From Nitrospinaceae bacterium (GTDB lineage: Bacteria > Nitrospinota > Nitrospinia > Nitrospinales > Nitrospinaceae): a stretch of 64,000 nt of DNA. Below the pieces are notes generated by a model. It was not told the DNA's origin, searched no databases, and worked only from the letters and a program-made list of their open reading frames with translations. The stretch is from contig OZ245011.1 of NCBI GenBank assembly GCA_965223665.1, forward strand, positions 3,744,001 through 3,808,000, given 5' to 3'. Each line of letters starts with the position of its first letter. Position 1 is the first letter of the stretch. Below are positions 39,684 to 49,012 of the stretch, piece by piece. The translations under genes were made by a program, and so were the position numbers.

Positions 39684-40259
39684 GTGGCTGTATTAGACAT
39701 AGCGCATATGGGCAATCCCATTTTGAGACAAAAAGCTTTACCTGTTAATTTGGATGAATTAATAGATCCCAATAACCCAGAATTGCAACGGTTTATTGAT
39801 GACCTTATCGATACCATGCATGATGAAGGGGGAGTCGGTATTGCTGCACCTCAGGTATCCCGTTCTTTGCAAATTGTAATTGCAGAATGTGAATCGAACG
39901 AAAGATATCCGGAGCAAAAAAACGTTCCTTTGACGGTTTTGGTTAATCCAGAAATTACTTATCTAAGTAAAGAAAAAGTTTCCTTTTGGGAAGGTTGTTT
40001 AAGTTTGAAAGATCTGAGAGGCTTGGTATCCAGGTCCAAAGAAATTCATGTTGAAGCATGGTCCCGTTATGGAGAAAAGTTTGAAATAAAGACGGACGGG
40101 TTTTTGTCAATAATTCTTCAACATGAAATTGACCATTTAAAAGGTAAATTATTTATTGACCGAATTGAGGATTTGAAATATTTATCTTATCTTGACGAGT
40201 ATCAAAAATATTGGCTTGAGGAGTTTGTTCACACTGAAGAACAGGAAAAATCGTTATGA
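39684..40259 (+). CDS. def: Peptide deformylase
   Basis: GVGIAAPQV, EGCLS, QHEIDHL.G. Confidence 0.96.
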   Translation: MAVLDIAHMGNPILRQKALPVNLDELIDPNNPELQRFIDDLIDTMHDEGGVGIAAPQVSRSLQIVIAECESNERYPEQKNVPLTVLVNPEITYLSKEKVSFWEGCLSLKDLRGLVSRSKEIHVEAWSRYGEKFEIKTDGFLSIILQHEIDHLKGKLFIDRIEDLKYLSYLDEYQKYWLEEFVHTEEQEKSL

Positions 40260-40609
40260 GTTTTGATCGGCAGTCTTTCGAAGAAGAAGTTTTAAAACTA
40301 TATTATGAGCCAATTATTGGAGCAAATTATACCAACACCTATGGAGAAGAGAATTTGGTGAATTTGGTAAAAAAATATAGAAGCTTACCTCCAGAAAAAA
40401 TGGATGTAATGCGAGAGATGGTTATTAATTTTTCTCAATCTCAAGATTTGGGGTCTAGCTTTGTTTCGGTGGGTGTATTACACGCGTTAGGAATGAGTGA
40501 TGAGGTGACAGCCGCTTACGACTGGGCTCAAACACAAGAAGACTGCCAAATGATTACCAGTCACTTTGATATTGGTAAATCACTAGCAGATCATTTTATT
40601 GCCAGCTAA
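40256..40609 (+). CDS. Hypothetical protein
   Basis: 117-aa ORF with ATGA overlap to def. Confidence 0.7.
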   Translation: MSFDRQSFEEEVLKLYYEPIIGANYTNTYGEENLVNLVKKYRSLPPEKMDVMREMVINFSQSQDLGSSFVSVGVLHALGMSDEVTAAYDWAQTQEDCQMITSHFDIGKSLADHFIAS

Positions 40610-40619
40610 GATTAAATTA

Positions 40620-41939
40620 TTAAACCGAAGTTGGGGGAACTTTGGGTTTCTCTGCTTCTAAGATTTTTACTTTTTCGGCTATTTTTTCGTTACACCGTTT
40701 TCTTAAACAAAGTAAAGTTCCTCCCCATAGGATTCCAGGTACAAAATAAAATAACCCTAACGCAACAGCCGTTTGAGATAAAGACCAACTCAGGGATTCA
40801 GCAGACCACCCTACAAACCAATTACTAAGGCTCATTACCAGTGTTAATAAGGCCATTTCAGTACTAAAAATTCTACCTAAATAGTGGTCCTGCGCTTCTA
40901 AATGAATGAGTGCTGTACTAAACACCCAAATTGTGGAAGCGAAAAAAGTTAACAAACCAATTGCGAAAGCAATTTGTACAAGATGGTTCAATTGACCCAG
41001 TAATATTAAAGAAAGGCCACCTAAAAAGAAAGCTGCAAGAATGGTTAACTGTAAAACCCGGGGGGTTTCACCAAATATTTTTTTTACAACAATAGGACCT
41101 AATGCCGCACCCAACCCTCTAGCACAATACATGAACCCTATAGCGAAGGACACCTTGGAAGGAGAATTAAATATTTTATTTGCATAGAGGGGAATCATTG
41201 TCAAAATGCCACCAGATATAGCCAAGCCCGATTTTAACAAAGTTATTGCAAATATTAAGGGGTCATTCGTTAAGTATCGAGCGCCTTCTAGAAAGTCTTT
41301 TAATCCACTCGTGGCTTTAGAGGTTTTTGAAAATGCCACTTTATTTTCAGGAATTTTTATTTTGGCTATAAACCAGGCCGACCATAAGAATGTGATTGAG
41401 TCTATTATGAAGGCTGCTTTAATTCCTAGAAACCCGACAATTCCTCCACCCAATGCTGCGCCTAAAGCCAACATGACAGACCATGTGGAGCCGCTCAGAG
41501 CATTTGCTGTCACTAAATCCTTTTTAGCAGTTAAGGAAGGAATTAAAGCACTTCGAGCTGGTTCAAAAAAACCAGCTAAACTGATTTCCACTACGGTGAG
41601 CAAATATAACAACCATAAATGACTATGATTTTGAACAAATAAAAACCCAAGAACGACCACAAACCTTAACAAATCCGTAGCAATCATAATTTTTTTGCGG
41701 CTGATACGATCAGCCAGAATTCCGGCCACTGGGCTTACGAAAAATACGGGTAAGAGCTTGGCAATCATTGCCATTGACATGGCCATTCCCCCGCCTCCTA
41801 ATTGTAATATCAGTGAGTAAATGGCAATACTGTTTAGCCAATCCCCTAATTCAGAAATTACCTGACCACACCATAGGTTCCGAAATGGTATGTTTGATTT
41901 TAATAGCTGAATATAACCGCCAGAGGGTTGGGAAGTCAT
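40620..41939 (-). CDS. MFS transporter (H+ antiporter/MFS_3-like)
   Basis: FRNLW.GQ.IS.LGDW, AGILADR.SRKKIMI..DLLR, FFEPAR.A..P; ~12 TMs. Confidence 0.92.
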   Translation of the reverse strand: MTSQPSGGYIQLLKSNIPFRNLWCGQVISELGDWLNSIAIYSLILQLGGGGMAMSMAMIAKLLPVFFVSPVAGILADRISRKKIMIATDLLRFVVVLGFLFVQNHSHLWLLYLLTVVEISLAGFFEPARSALIPSLTAKKDLVTANALSGSTWSVMLALGAALGGGIVGFLGIKAAFIIDSITFLWSAWFIAKIKIPENKVAFSKTSKATSGLKDFLEGARYLTNDPLIFAITLLKSGLAISGGILTMIPLYANKIFNSPSKVSFAIGFMYCARGLGAALGPIVVKKIFGETPRVLQLTILAAFFLGGLSLILLGQLNHLVQIAFAIGLLTFFASTIWVFSTALIHLEAQDHYLGRIFSTEMALLTLVMSLSNWFVGWSAESLSWSLSQTAVALGLFYFVPGILWGGTLLCLRKRCNEKIAEKVKILEAEKPKVPPTSV

Positions 41940-42111
41940 TGAAGAAGTAATTTGACAAGAAAATAGTTTTCGGAGTTGTTAGGATTTTTAAAAGGCCAAT
42001 CTAACATGGGTGGAAGGGTTTCACAAATCGTTTATAATTTAAAATTTATTGGAATAGAGTGTCCAGAATAGAAGTTTGTTATGGTATATTTTTAAAAACC
42101 AAGGATTGAAT

Positions 42112-42567
42112 ATGTTAAAAAATGAATCCCCGCAAGAATTTGACGATCAATATGACAAGCTAATTGGCAGAGTGTCTTTTTGGACATCGTTTGTGTTAGC
42201 GACCTTATCCGCGGTTTGGTATTATCAATCCAATCCGCCAGAAACAGACGAAGTCAAACGGATGCGAATGTTTTTTAAAGAAAACTCTATAGAGGTTTCC
42301 GAGTTTATCAAATTACCCCCTAAAAAAATGAAGGAAGCCGCTAAAAATAAAACGCATCCATTCTTTAAATCATATATCAAGTCTTCAGAAGTAGAAAAAA
42401 ATAAAATTAATGCTCTTATTCATGTTTCAATTGATTACACCCCCAATCAATATTGGTTCAATATCATTTTTCTTTGGGTGATATTTTTTACCACCTTTTG
42501 GTTTCTGGGATTAATGCTTCAAGGGGTGATAAATTTAGTTCGAAACGATTCGGTGAAAAAAAAATAA
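42112..42567 (+). CDS. Hypothetical membrane protein (2 TM)
   Basis: Two hydrophobic segments flanking a soluble loop. Confidence 0.65.
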   Translation: MLKNESPQEFDDQYDKLIGRVSFWTSFVLATLSAVWYYQSNPPETDEVKRMRMFFKENSIEVSEFIKLPPKKMKEAAKNKTHPFFKSYIKSSEVEKNKINALIHVSIDYTPNQYWFNIIFLWVIFFTTFWFLGLMLQGVINLVRNDSVKKK

Positions 42568-42594
42568 AACACTTCAACTTATTTTTAGAGCGCC

Positions 42595-43380
42595 ATGAAC
42601 GTTGACACGATACGTTTTTCAGTTTTTCTTGGTGTATTTATTCTTATGCTCATTTTGGAGCATTTAATACCGCGTCATCACACAGTAGATTCCAAGCTTC
42701 GGCGGTTAGGAATAAACTTTGGTTTAACTGGATTTAACATTATTCTCGTTAAATTAGTATTAGGAGGAGGTGCTGTAGCTACTGCCCATTTTGCAACAGA
42801 ACAGGGATGGGGGGTATTAAATTATGTTAATTGGCCGTTTTGGTTGGAGGTTGTTTTGGCGGTTATTTTTTTAGACCTGATGATCTATCTACAGCATGTC
42901 TTAGTTCATATGGTTCCTTTTTTTTGGCGGTTCCATGTAGTTCATCATTCAGATTTAGATTTGGATGTTTCGTCCGGATTAAGGTTTCATCCTTTAGAAA
43001 TATTAGGGTCTATGATTTTTAAAATGGGATTGATTTTGGCTTTAGGTCCCTCAGCATTTTCTGTAATAATTTTTGAAGCTATTCTTAACGGAATGGCTCA
43101 ATTCTCACATTCTAATTTTAAGATTTCCGAGCCTTTAGATCGAATTTTGCGTTATTTAATTGTCACTCCAGATATGCATCGGATTCACCATTCCATAGAA
43201 AGAAACGAAACAAATTCCAATTATGGATTTAATCTTTCCATTTGGGACAGATTACTAGGTACCTATAAACATTTTGCTAAAAAAGACCAGCCCGAGATAG
43301 TGATTGGTGTACCGGAATATCGTGACACCCAACAAGTCAGCTTACCTAAGTTAATTACCATGCCTTTAAAGTATCCTTAA
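42595..43380 (+). CDS. Sterol desaturase / fatty acid hydroxylase family protein
   Basis: His boxes Y.QH...H, WRFH.VHHS, RFHP.E, HSN, HRIHHS, NYG. Confidence 0.92.
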   Translation: MNVDTIRFSVFLGVFILMLILEHLIPRHHTVDSKLRRLGINFGLTGFNIILVKLVLGGGAVATAHFATEQGWGVLNYVNWPFWLEVVLAVIFLDLMIYLQHVLVHMVPFFWRFHVVHHSDLDLDVSSGLRFHPLEILGSMIFKMGLILALGPSAFSVIIFEAILNGMAQFSHSNFKISEPLDRILRYLIVTPDMHRIHHSIERNETNSNYGFNLSIWDRLLGTYKHFAKKDQPEIVIGVPEYRDTQQVSLPKLITMPLKYP

Positions 43381-43424
43381 GCTTATTCCAAAGGATTTAG
43401 TTTTTCCCCCATTATGGAGGAAAA

Positions 43425-43649
43425 TTGGTAAAATATCCCATGTCTGTCAGATACTATTGGATCAGTTTTATTGTTGTGCTGGGCCTAACTATCATTATCA
43501 GTTGGGTCCGACAAACTCGATCCCGAAAGGAGTTTTTTTTAATTATGGTATTTGTTACGGTGGGTTTAGTTTTAATTGGTTTCATTTTAGCGGGGTTAGC
43601 AAAACTTTTTGAGTACTTAGGAATTAGCGAATCGGGATTTATTTATTAA
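43425..43649 (+). CDS. Small membrane protein
   Basis: 74 aa, two TMs, GGAGG upstream. Confidence 0.6.
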   Translation: MVKYPMSVRYYWISFIVVLGLTIIISWVRQTRSRKEFFLIMVFVTVGLVLIGFILAGLAKLFEYLGISESGFIY

Positions 43650-43715
43650 TTGAATCCTGAAAAATTTAGTTTGCGAGGCCTGTCATCATGAACTCAAGGA
43701 ATCTTATTTTGATGG

Positions 43716-43949
43716 GTGATATATAGTATGGAAAACTTAGAATTTACGCCATTCATGTTTGCCATTATGGGGTTAGCCTTTGTAATAATTTCATATTTTA
43801 TGGGAATGTTAATTCATTCTGCATGGATGTACGAGGATACAGAAAAAATGAAACGCGATAGCAGAAAGGCGTGGACTTTGTGTATGATTGCTGGCACAGG
43901 TGTGACCGGGTGGTTATTTGCGTATGGTTATTATGTTAATTTTCGTTGA
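43716..43949 (+). CDS. Small membrane protein
   Basis: 77 aa, two TMs. Confidence 0.6.
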   Translation: MIYSMENLEFTPFMFAIMGLAFVIISYFMGMLIHSAWMYEDTEKMKRDSRKAWTLCMIAGTGVTGWLFAYGYYVNFR

Positions 43950-43968
43950 TAAATAATCGAAATATTTT

Positions 43969-44319
43969 TTATCCTGCTAAAATATCAATCAATTTTTGAC
44001 AATCATTTTTATATAAATTAATTTCTTCTCTTTCAGTCTCATCTAAATCGTCCAGGGGTTGCTCATCTAATAATTCAATAGCATCGTTAAGACCTCCTGC
44101 TACAATATCCAGTTCATGCTCTGCCAAAGCATAAATGGATGGGTTTTGTCGCAACCTGTCAAATACTCTTGTATATTTTGTTTTATAATCCATGACTTCC
44201 ATCTTTTTTTTGTCCGGCATTGGATTTCGTAATTCCATGTTCATGTCCGAAATGGCATCATTAAGTGCCATCTTAATAGTTTCAATTTCTTTTGGCCCGA
44301 TTGACGCCAGAGATTTCAT
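43969..44319 (-). CDS. Hypothetical helical protein with internal duplication
   Basis: EIETIKMALNDAI / ELDIVAGGLNDAI halves; AAGGA RBS. Confidence 0.7.
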   Translation of the reverse strand: MKSLASIGPKEIETIKMALNDAISDMNMELRNPMPDKKKMEVMDYKTKYTRVFDRLRQNPSIYALAEHELDIVAGGLNDAIELLDEQPLDDLDETEREEINLYKNDCQKLIDILAG

Positions 44320-44441
44320 AAAATTTCCTTATGTCCAGTTAGGTTGAAAATTAGATAGAAATTCAAATGTTTTATAAAAACCAAAATACTTTGTTTGGAT
44401 GTTACTTTATATTATATACATTCATTAAAACTTTCAAAAAT

Positions 44442-44475
44442 AAAAAAGCCTGCGTCTTAAAAATGCAGGCTTTTT
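44442..44475. terminator. Bidirectional terminator-like hairpin with no annotated gene ending at it
   Basis: AAAAAAGCCTGC..GCAGGCTTTTT. Confidence 0.6.
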
Positions 44476-44900
44476 AGAGGTTAATAGCCGATTTCTCCCC
44501 TAATGGATTTGGAATTGGTTTTTCTTTTATTAAAAAATTATTGATTTAAATCTAATTTTTTACCTTGTAGGAGCATTTTCTTAGAGTTTGCCCTTGCCTA
44601 ATTTTGTCGTAATAGTTCTTAAGTTTAAAACACATTTCCGGGTTTTAAAGAAAAGACTAGAGCTTTTCAAAAAAATATTGCTGCTAATGTTTGTTACAAG
44701 TTAGAGTAATTTTTTAAATTGATTGGAAAATGGGTGGAACACTTTTTAATGGTAATCTCTTCTAAGATGTAATTTGGATTAATGAGACAAGATAAAAACT
44801 ATTTACGATTCATTAAAGTTGATAAAATGGTGCCGGTTAGATTGTGGAAAACCTTTTTTTTATCAAAACCCTTCTTGTCTGAGAATTTAAATTTCTATTA

Positions 44901-45467
44901 ATGCTTTTTTTTAAAAAGAATTCTCGTTTGGTTTTTATTGTTTCCGCTATAGTTGCAATAATTGCCATTGCTGAAATGAATGGTTTCCGATCTTATTTTT
45001 CTGTCACCTCGGTTAAAGATTTATTTTTAGAAAATAAATTTATTGGCATTATTCTGTTTTGCTTAGTTTTTTCAATTGGAAATTTGCTATATGTTCCCGG
45101 ATGGATTTTTTTAGTAGGTTCTGTTTTTTCTTTAGGAAAAGAATGGGGAGGCCTGGTTACTTATTTTGCTGCTATGTTTTCAGCAATGGTCAGTTTCTAT
45201 TGTTTGCATTATTTTGGTCGAGATGCTCTAAGAAACTTTGATAATAAATTAGCTAATCGAATTTTTTCGAATTTAGATAATAATCCTGTCTCTTCCATAG
45301 TGTTACTTCGATTGATTTTTCAAACAGCCCCTCCATTAAATTATGCTTTGGCTATGTCAGATATTAGGTTTAGGAATTACTTTTTTGGAACATTGATTGG
45401 TTTACCCATTCCAATTTTTGTGTATTGTTATTTTTTTGATTTTTTTCTGCAAAATTTTTTCAAATGA
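44901..45467 (+). CDS. VTT/SNARE-associated (TVP38/DedA) membrane protein
   Basis: VPG..F...G, GR, LLRL......NYA.A.S.I.F..YF.GT.IG..P. Confidence 0.85.
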   Translation: MLFFKKNSRLVFIVSAIVAIIAIAEMNGFRSYFSVTSVKDLFLENKFIGIILFCLVFSIGNLLYVPGWIFLVGSVFSLGKEWGGLVTYFAAMFSAMVSFYCLHYFGRDALRNFDNKLANRIFSNLDNNPVSSIVLLRLIFQTAPPLNYALAMSDIRFRNYFFGTLIGLPIPIFVYCYFFDFFLQNFFK

Positions 45468-45476
45468 ATAAACAAG

Positions 45477-46118
45477 TCATCCACTTTTATTCTCCCCAAG
45501 TAATTGCAAAATATTTTTTTCTGTTTGTTGATACCGACCTTCACCAAAGTGGCTGTAGCGGATAAACCCATTTTTATCTATTAAATAAAATGCTGGCCAA
45601 TATCGATTTCTATAGGCTCTCCATAGTTGGAATCCATTGTCTAAAGCCACTGGGAATTGAATTCCATGCTTTTTAACAGCCTCTTTGACATTTTTTAAAT
45701 TCTTTTCGAAAAAGAATTCCGGAGCATGGATACCCAATACTATAAATCCCTTTTCTTTATATTTTTTGTACCAAGACTTTACGTGGGGGAGTGTATTAAT
45801 GCAGTTGTAGCAGGAATAGGTCCAGAAATCTATTAGAACAACTTTTCCTTTTAATTCCTTCATAGAGCTAATCGAAGAAGAATTAATCCAATGGCTTAAA
45901 CCTATAATCTCTGGTGCTTTATTGAGTCTTGGTAATGAAGAAGATTTTGAGTTGACAGAATGTGCAGCCAATTGCGTCCCTCCCAAAAGCAGACTAATAA
46001 TTAAAGTAACGGAAAATATTTTAATAAAATGTTCTGAGCAATTTTGCTTTGTTGAATAGTTTGAGAAACGTGAAGATCTTTTCTCAGCTTTATTTTTTAT
46101 ATTAATTATAATTTTCAT
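45477..46118 (-). CDS. DipZ-like redoxin (TlpA family)
   Basis: LKGKVVLIDFWTYSCYNC, GIHAPEF.FEK, YRNRYWPA.YLID. Confidence 0.92.
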   Translation of the reverse strand: MKIIINIKNKAEKRSSRFSNYSTKQNCSEHFIKIFSVTLIISLLLGGTQLAAHSVNSKSSSLPRLNKAPEIIGLSHWINSSSISSMKELKGKVVLIDFWTYSCYNCINTLPHVKSWYKKYKEKGFIVLGIHAPEFFFEKNLKNVKEAVKKHGIQFPVALDNGFQLWRAYRNRYWPAFYLIDKNGFIRYSHFGEGRYQQTEKNILQLLGENKSG

Positions 46119-46183
46119 AGTATATTTCCTTTGGAATATTTAAATTCCTTAATTTGTTACTACTTATAAAAAGTTTTTGATTT

Positions 46184-46639
46184 TTAAATGTAAGCCAATC
46201 TTGTTTTATCTTTTTTAATTATTAAAAAAATTAAAACTAAAGAAGCGATTACTAATATTAAATCTTCAAAAACTGTCCAACCGGATAGAGGTCTGGCAAA
46301 AAATACTCCAAAACAACCGCAATTGGGTATAGACAATCCACGAAATAAAGTAATCAATGTCCAAAAAATAAATATCAAATGCAAAACCATAGAAAAGATT
46401 GCTCCCAACATCAATGTCCTATCTTTTAATAACCATTCTGCAATTCTAAGTTCCAGCAAAATAAGGGTGACAACCACAAAATGAATAGCCCAGGTGGGAA
46501 TCGCCTGATATGTTTCTAATACTTTTACAAACCCAGGAACATCTAACAATTTTCCTAAGCTGGTTAAAAATAATAAAGCTGAAATAAAATAGCGAATTAT
46601 GCAAATTACTATTTTATTGACTGTTGAGTCGCCAGTCAT
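46184..46639 (-). CDS. MauE/DoxX family membrane protein
   Basis: GKL.D..GF...Y, E, RGL.I.NCGCFG. Confidence 0.85.
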   Translation of the reverse strand: MTGDSTVNKIVICIIRYFISALLFLTSLGKLLDVPGFVKVLETYQAIPTWAIHFVVVTLILLELRIAEWLLKDRTLMLGAIFSMVLHLIFIFWTLITLFRGLSIPNCGCFGVFFARPLSGWTVFEDLILVIASLVLIFLIIKKDKTRLAYI

Positions 46640-46846
46640 AATCCATAAACTCCACTTTGTAATCTGCTGGTACTGCTTTAATTCGATTTCTATTGATATA
46701 TGAAATAATGGTTGGTGTAGTAGGGTTATTTATAAATCACTTTTATAAAACTTAAAGATCTTTGATGCTTGGACTTTTTTTTCTTCAATAGAATTTAAGT
46801 CTGAATTTTTCCCTATCGAAACGGATGAAAAATTTTTACGTTTCAT
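46614..46846 (-). pseudogene. Frameshifted C-terminal remnant of a DUF547 family gene
   Basis: One frame gives ..KKVQASKIFKFYKSDL-stop; a shifted frame continues FINNPTTPTIISYINRNRIKAVPADYKVEFMDYDWRLNSQ-stop; SKIF..Y..DF and YDW.LN are the DUF547 C-terminal signature. Confidence 0.7.
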
Positions 46847-47008
46847 TGAACCAGCCTCAAATTAAAAAATATTAATGTAATTAATAATTAAACTGACATT
46901 ATTAAGAGGTTGGTCGATAACCGGGAAGTCTCATTACAAAAACTTTTATTCAATTTAAATTTGCGGAAAAAATTATTTTTATAAATAAACTTGTAAATTA
47001 ATCATTAT

Positions 47009-47166
47009 GGTATTCGAATAGCTTGGTCGTCTGAGGACCTTGGAAAACGGATTCAGGAAATCATGTTAAAAATACATGGTCAATGTGTCGAATACGGAAC
47101 GAATAATGGAAAAGTAGATTATGTTAAAGGTGCGAATATTGAATGTTGTCTTATGGGGTAATGTAA
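47009..47166 (+). pseudogene. gdhA: C-terminal fragment of NADP-specific glutamate dehydrogenase
   Basis: GIRIAWSSEDLGKRIQEIMLKIHGQCVEYGTNNGKVDYVKGANI, then frameshifted MLSYGVM-stop; matches the GdhA tail with the AGF.KVA.A segment missing. Confidence 0.8.
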
Positions 47167-47191
47167 AAGTTTTTGAATTTTGATGTTTTCC

Positions 47192-47623
47192 TTATTTTTC
47201 ACAAAGTGGGATTATTTTAGAGGGTTCCTCAAGAATCGTTTGGATGGTAGCTTCCTTGAAAACGTCTTCCATGAGCTGGATGGATTGGTTGATTCTTTTA
47301 TGCAAGGCACAAAGATTTTGGGTGTGAGCATTGAGCTTTAAGGGACAACTTTGAATTTTTCGAATAGGGTCGACTGCATTGATTACACTTAAAAGTTGGA
47401 TCTGATCGGAGGGTCGACTTAGGATATATCCCCCATGAACTCCTCTCTTTGAATGGACAATTTCTCCTTTTGCTAGGCTGTGAAGCACTTTAGACAGGTA
47501 AAATTCCGGGACTTTAGTAGCAAGGGCAATTTCAGCCGTAGTTAGGGGTTTTTCAGGATGTTGTGCTAAGGATACTATTGCTCTTAAAGCGTATTCGGCG
47601 GTTTGCGAAATCAAGTTCTGCAT
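47192..47623 (-). CDS. Rrf2 family transcriptional regulator
   Basis: SQTAEYALRA, VP..YLSKVL..L, S.RG.HGGY.L, CPL...H...LC.LH cluster-ligand region. Confidence 0.93.
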   Translation of the reverse strand: MQNLISQTAEYALRAIVSLAQHPEKPLTTAEIALATKVPEFYLSKVLHSLAKGEIVHSKRGVHGGYILSRPSDQIQLLSVINAVDPIRKIQSCPLKLNAHTQNLCALHKRINQSIQLMEDVFKEATIQTILEEPSKIIPLCEK

Positions 47624-47675
47624 CTCCGGACAGGTGGTTATTCAGCCACAGGTTATCAAAAGGAAAAAAAATGTC

Positions 47676-47750
47676 AATTAAGGATAAAAAGACCTTGACA
47701 TCTTTAATTGGCTTGTATATTTTAATTAAAGATAAAGATATCTTTTTATC
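47676..47750 (+). promoter_or_regulatory. Sigma70 promoter with two candidate Rrf2 operator boxes
   Basis: TTGACA 47695-47700 + 17 nt + TATTTT; palindrome AAAGATA-N4-TATCTTT at 47728-47745 and related box AATTAAGGATAAAAAGACCTT at 47676-47696. Confidence 0.65.
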
Positions 47751-47774
47751 TGTTAAAAGAGAGTCGAATATTTT

Positions 47775-48215
47775 ATGAAATCTATAGCCACTATAAAAAA
47801 CACTGAACTGCCAGATTTAGATTCTCGCGAAAGAATTCAAACTTTGGTGAATTCCTTTTACTCGAAAGTTAGGAAGGAGCAATTATTAGGGCGTCTATTC
47901 GAAGAGGTGATTGATGATTGGGAGTCCCATTTGCCAACTATGTACAATTTTTGGGAAAAAGTTTTATTGGGTACAGGAAACTATCAGGGAAATCCTTTCC
48001 AGAAACATATGAAATTGTCTTTGATGAAAAAACATTTCAATGTTTGGGTTGAATTATTTATTCAAACAGTGGATGAGAATTTTTCTGGTATTTATGCTGA
48101 GAAATCGAAGAGATTGGCAAAAAATGTTTCCGAAACCTTTCAACATAGATTGGGGATTGATTCTTTGTCATCGGACTACATCATTCCCAAGTATGTTTCT
48201 TCAAACGTTCCTTAA
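47775..48215 (+). CDS. Group III truncated hemoglobin (trHbP/Ctb-like)
   Basis: I..LV..FY.KVR...LLG..F, DWE.HL..M..FW..VL, Y.GNP..KH, HF..W..LF. Confidence 0.92.
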   Translation: MKSIATIKNTELPDLDSRERIQTLVNSFYSKVRKEQLLGRLFEEVIDDWESHLPTMYNFWEKVLLGTGNYQGNPFQKHMKLSLMKKHFNVWVELFIQTVDENFSGIYAEKSKRLAKNVSETFQHRLGIDSLSSDYIIPKYVSSNVP

Positions 48216-48230
48216 ATAGGAGGATGAAAA

Positions 48231-48950
48231 ATGAATTTTTCAAATTTTAATATTCAAACACCAGTGGGTGATTTTGTAAATCACAATCCGGTTGTTGCAA
48301 TTAAATTGCTCGGTGATTTTGATTTAGATTATTGCTGTGGTGGTAAAAAGACTCTGAAACAAGCTTGTGAGGAAAAAGAACTGAATGCCACTGAAGTTTT
48401 AAACCAGTTAAATCAGGCAGAATTTGAAAGCAAAACCCGAATTAATGATGATTGGCTGGCCCTGGACCCTGTTAGCTTAATTGATCAAATAGTAAATACT
48501 CATCACTGCTATTTGGAAAAGGTCTTTCCAGAATTAATTCAAACGACAGAAAAAGTGGTTCAAGCGCATGGAAATAATCATAAAGAACTAAGGGAATTAA
48601 GAAAAACTATTCATGCATTAATTGATGATTTTCAACCACATCTAATTAAAGAAGAACAAGTTTTATTCCCGATGATAAAAACTATTTCTGAAAGTATTGA
48701 TTCTAATCCAATGGCAAATTTGGGTTCATTAGAAAAACCGATTAGGGTCATGCTGTCTGAACATGAAAACGTCGGGCATCTTTTACAACAAATTAAATCT
48801 CTAACGAATGGATATTCTCCCCCGAACGATGCCTGTAATTCATTCAAGCATTTATACCGAATTCTAAAAGAAATTGAACAAGATACTTTTTTGCATATCC
48901 ATAAGGAAAATAACCTTCTGTTTCCGAAAGTTTTAGAATTGGTAACGTAA
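48231..48950 (+). CDS. ric: Di-iron protein for iron-sulfur cluster repair (YtfE/ScdA/RIC)
   Basis: LDYCCGG ScdA_N, HH.YL, H..KEE..LFP, EH, HIHKENN.LFP. Confidence 0.95.
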   Translation: MNFSNFNIQTPVGDFVNHNPVVAIKLLGDFDLDYCCGGKKTLKQACEEKELNATEVLNQLNQAEFESKTRINDDWLALDPVSLIDQIVNTHHCYLEKVFPELIQTTEKVVQAHGNNHKELRELRKTIHALIDDFQPHLIKEEQVLFPMIKTISESIDSNPMANLGSLEKPIRVMLSEHENVGHLLQQIKSLTNGYSPPNDACNSFKHLYRILKEIEQDTFLHIHKENNLLFPKVLELVT

Positions 48951-49012
48951 GAGCCACTTTTTTTGTTAGTAAATTTAAAATTTATAAATCCATTTTATAA
49001 GGAATTCCAAAT

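Noticed and set aside
47563-47778. 71-aa ORF spanning the Rrf2/trHb gap
   Set aside because: Overlaps the Rrf2 start antisense and runs through the promoter and operator boxes
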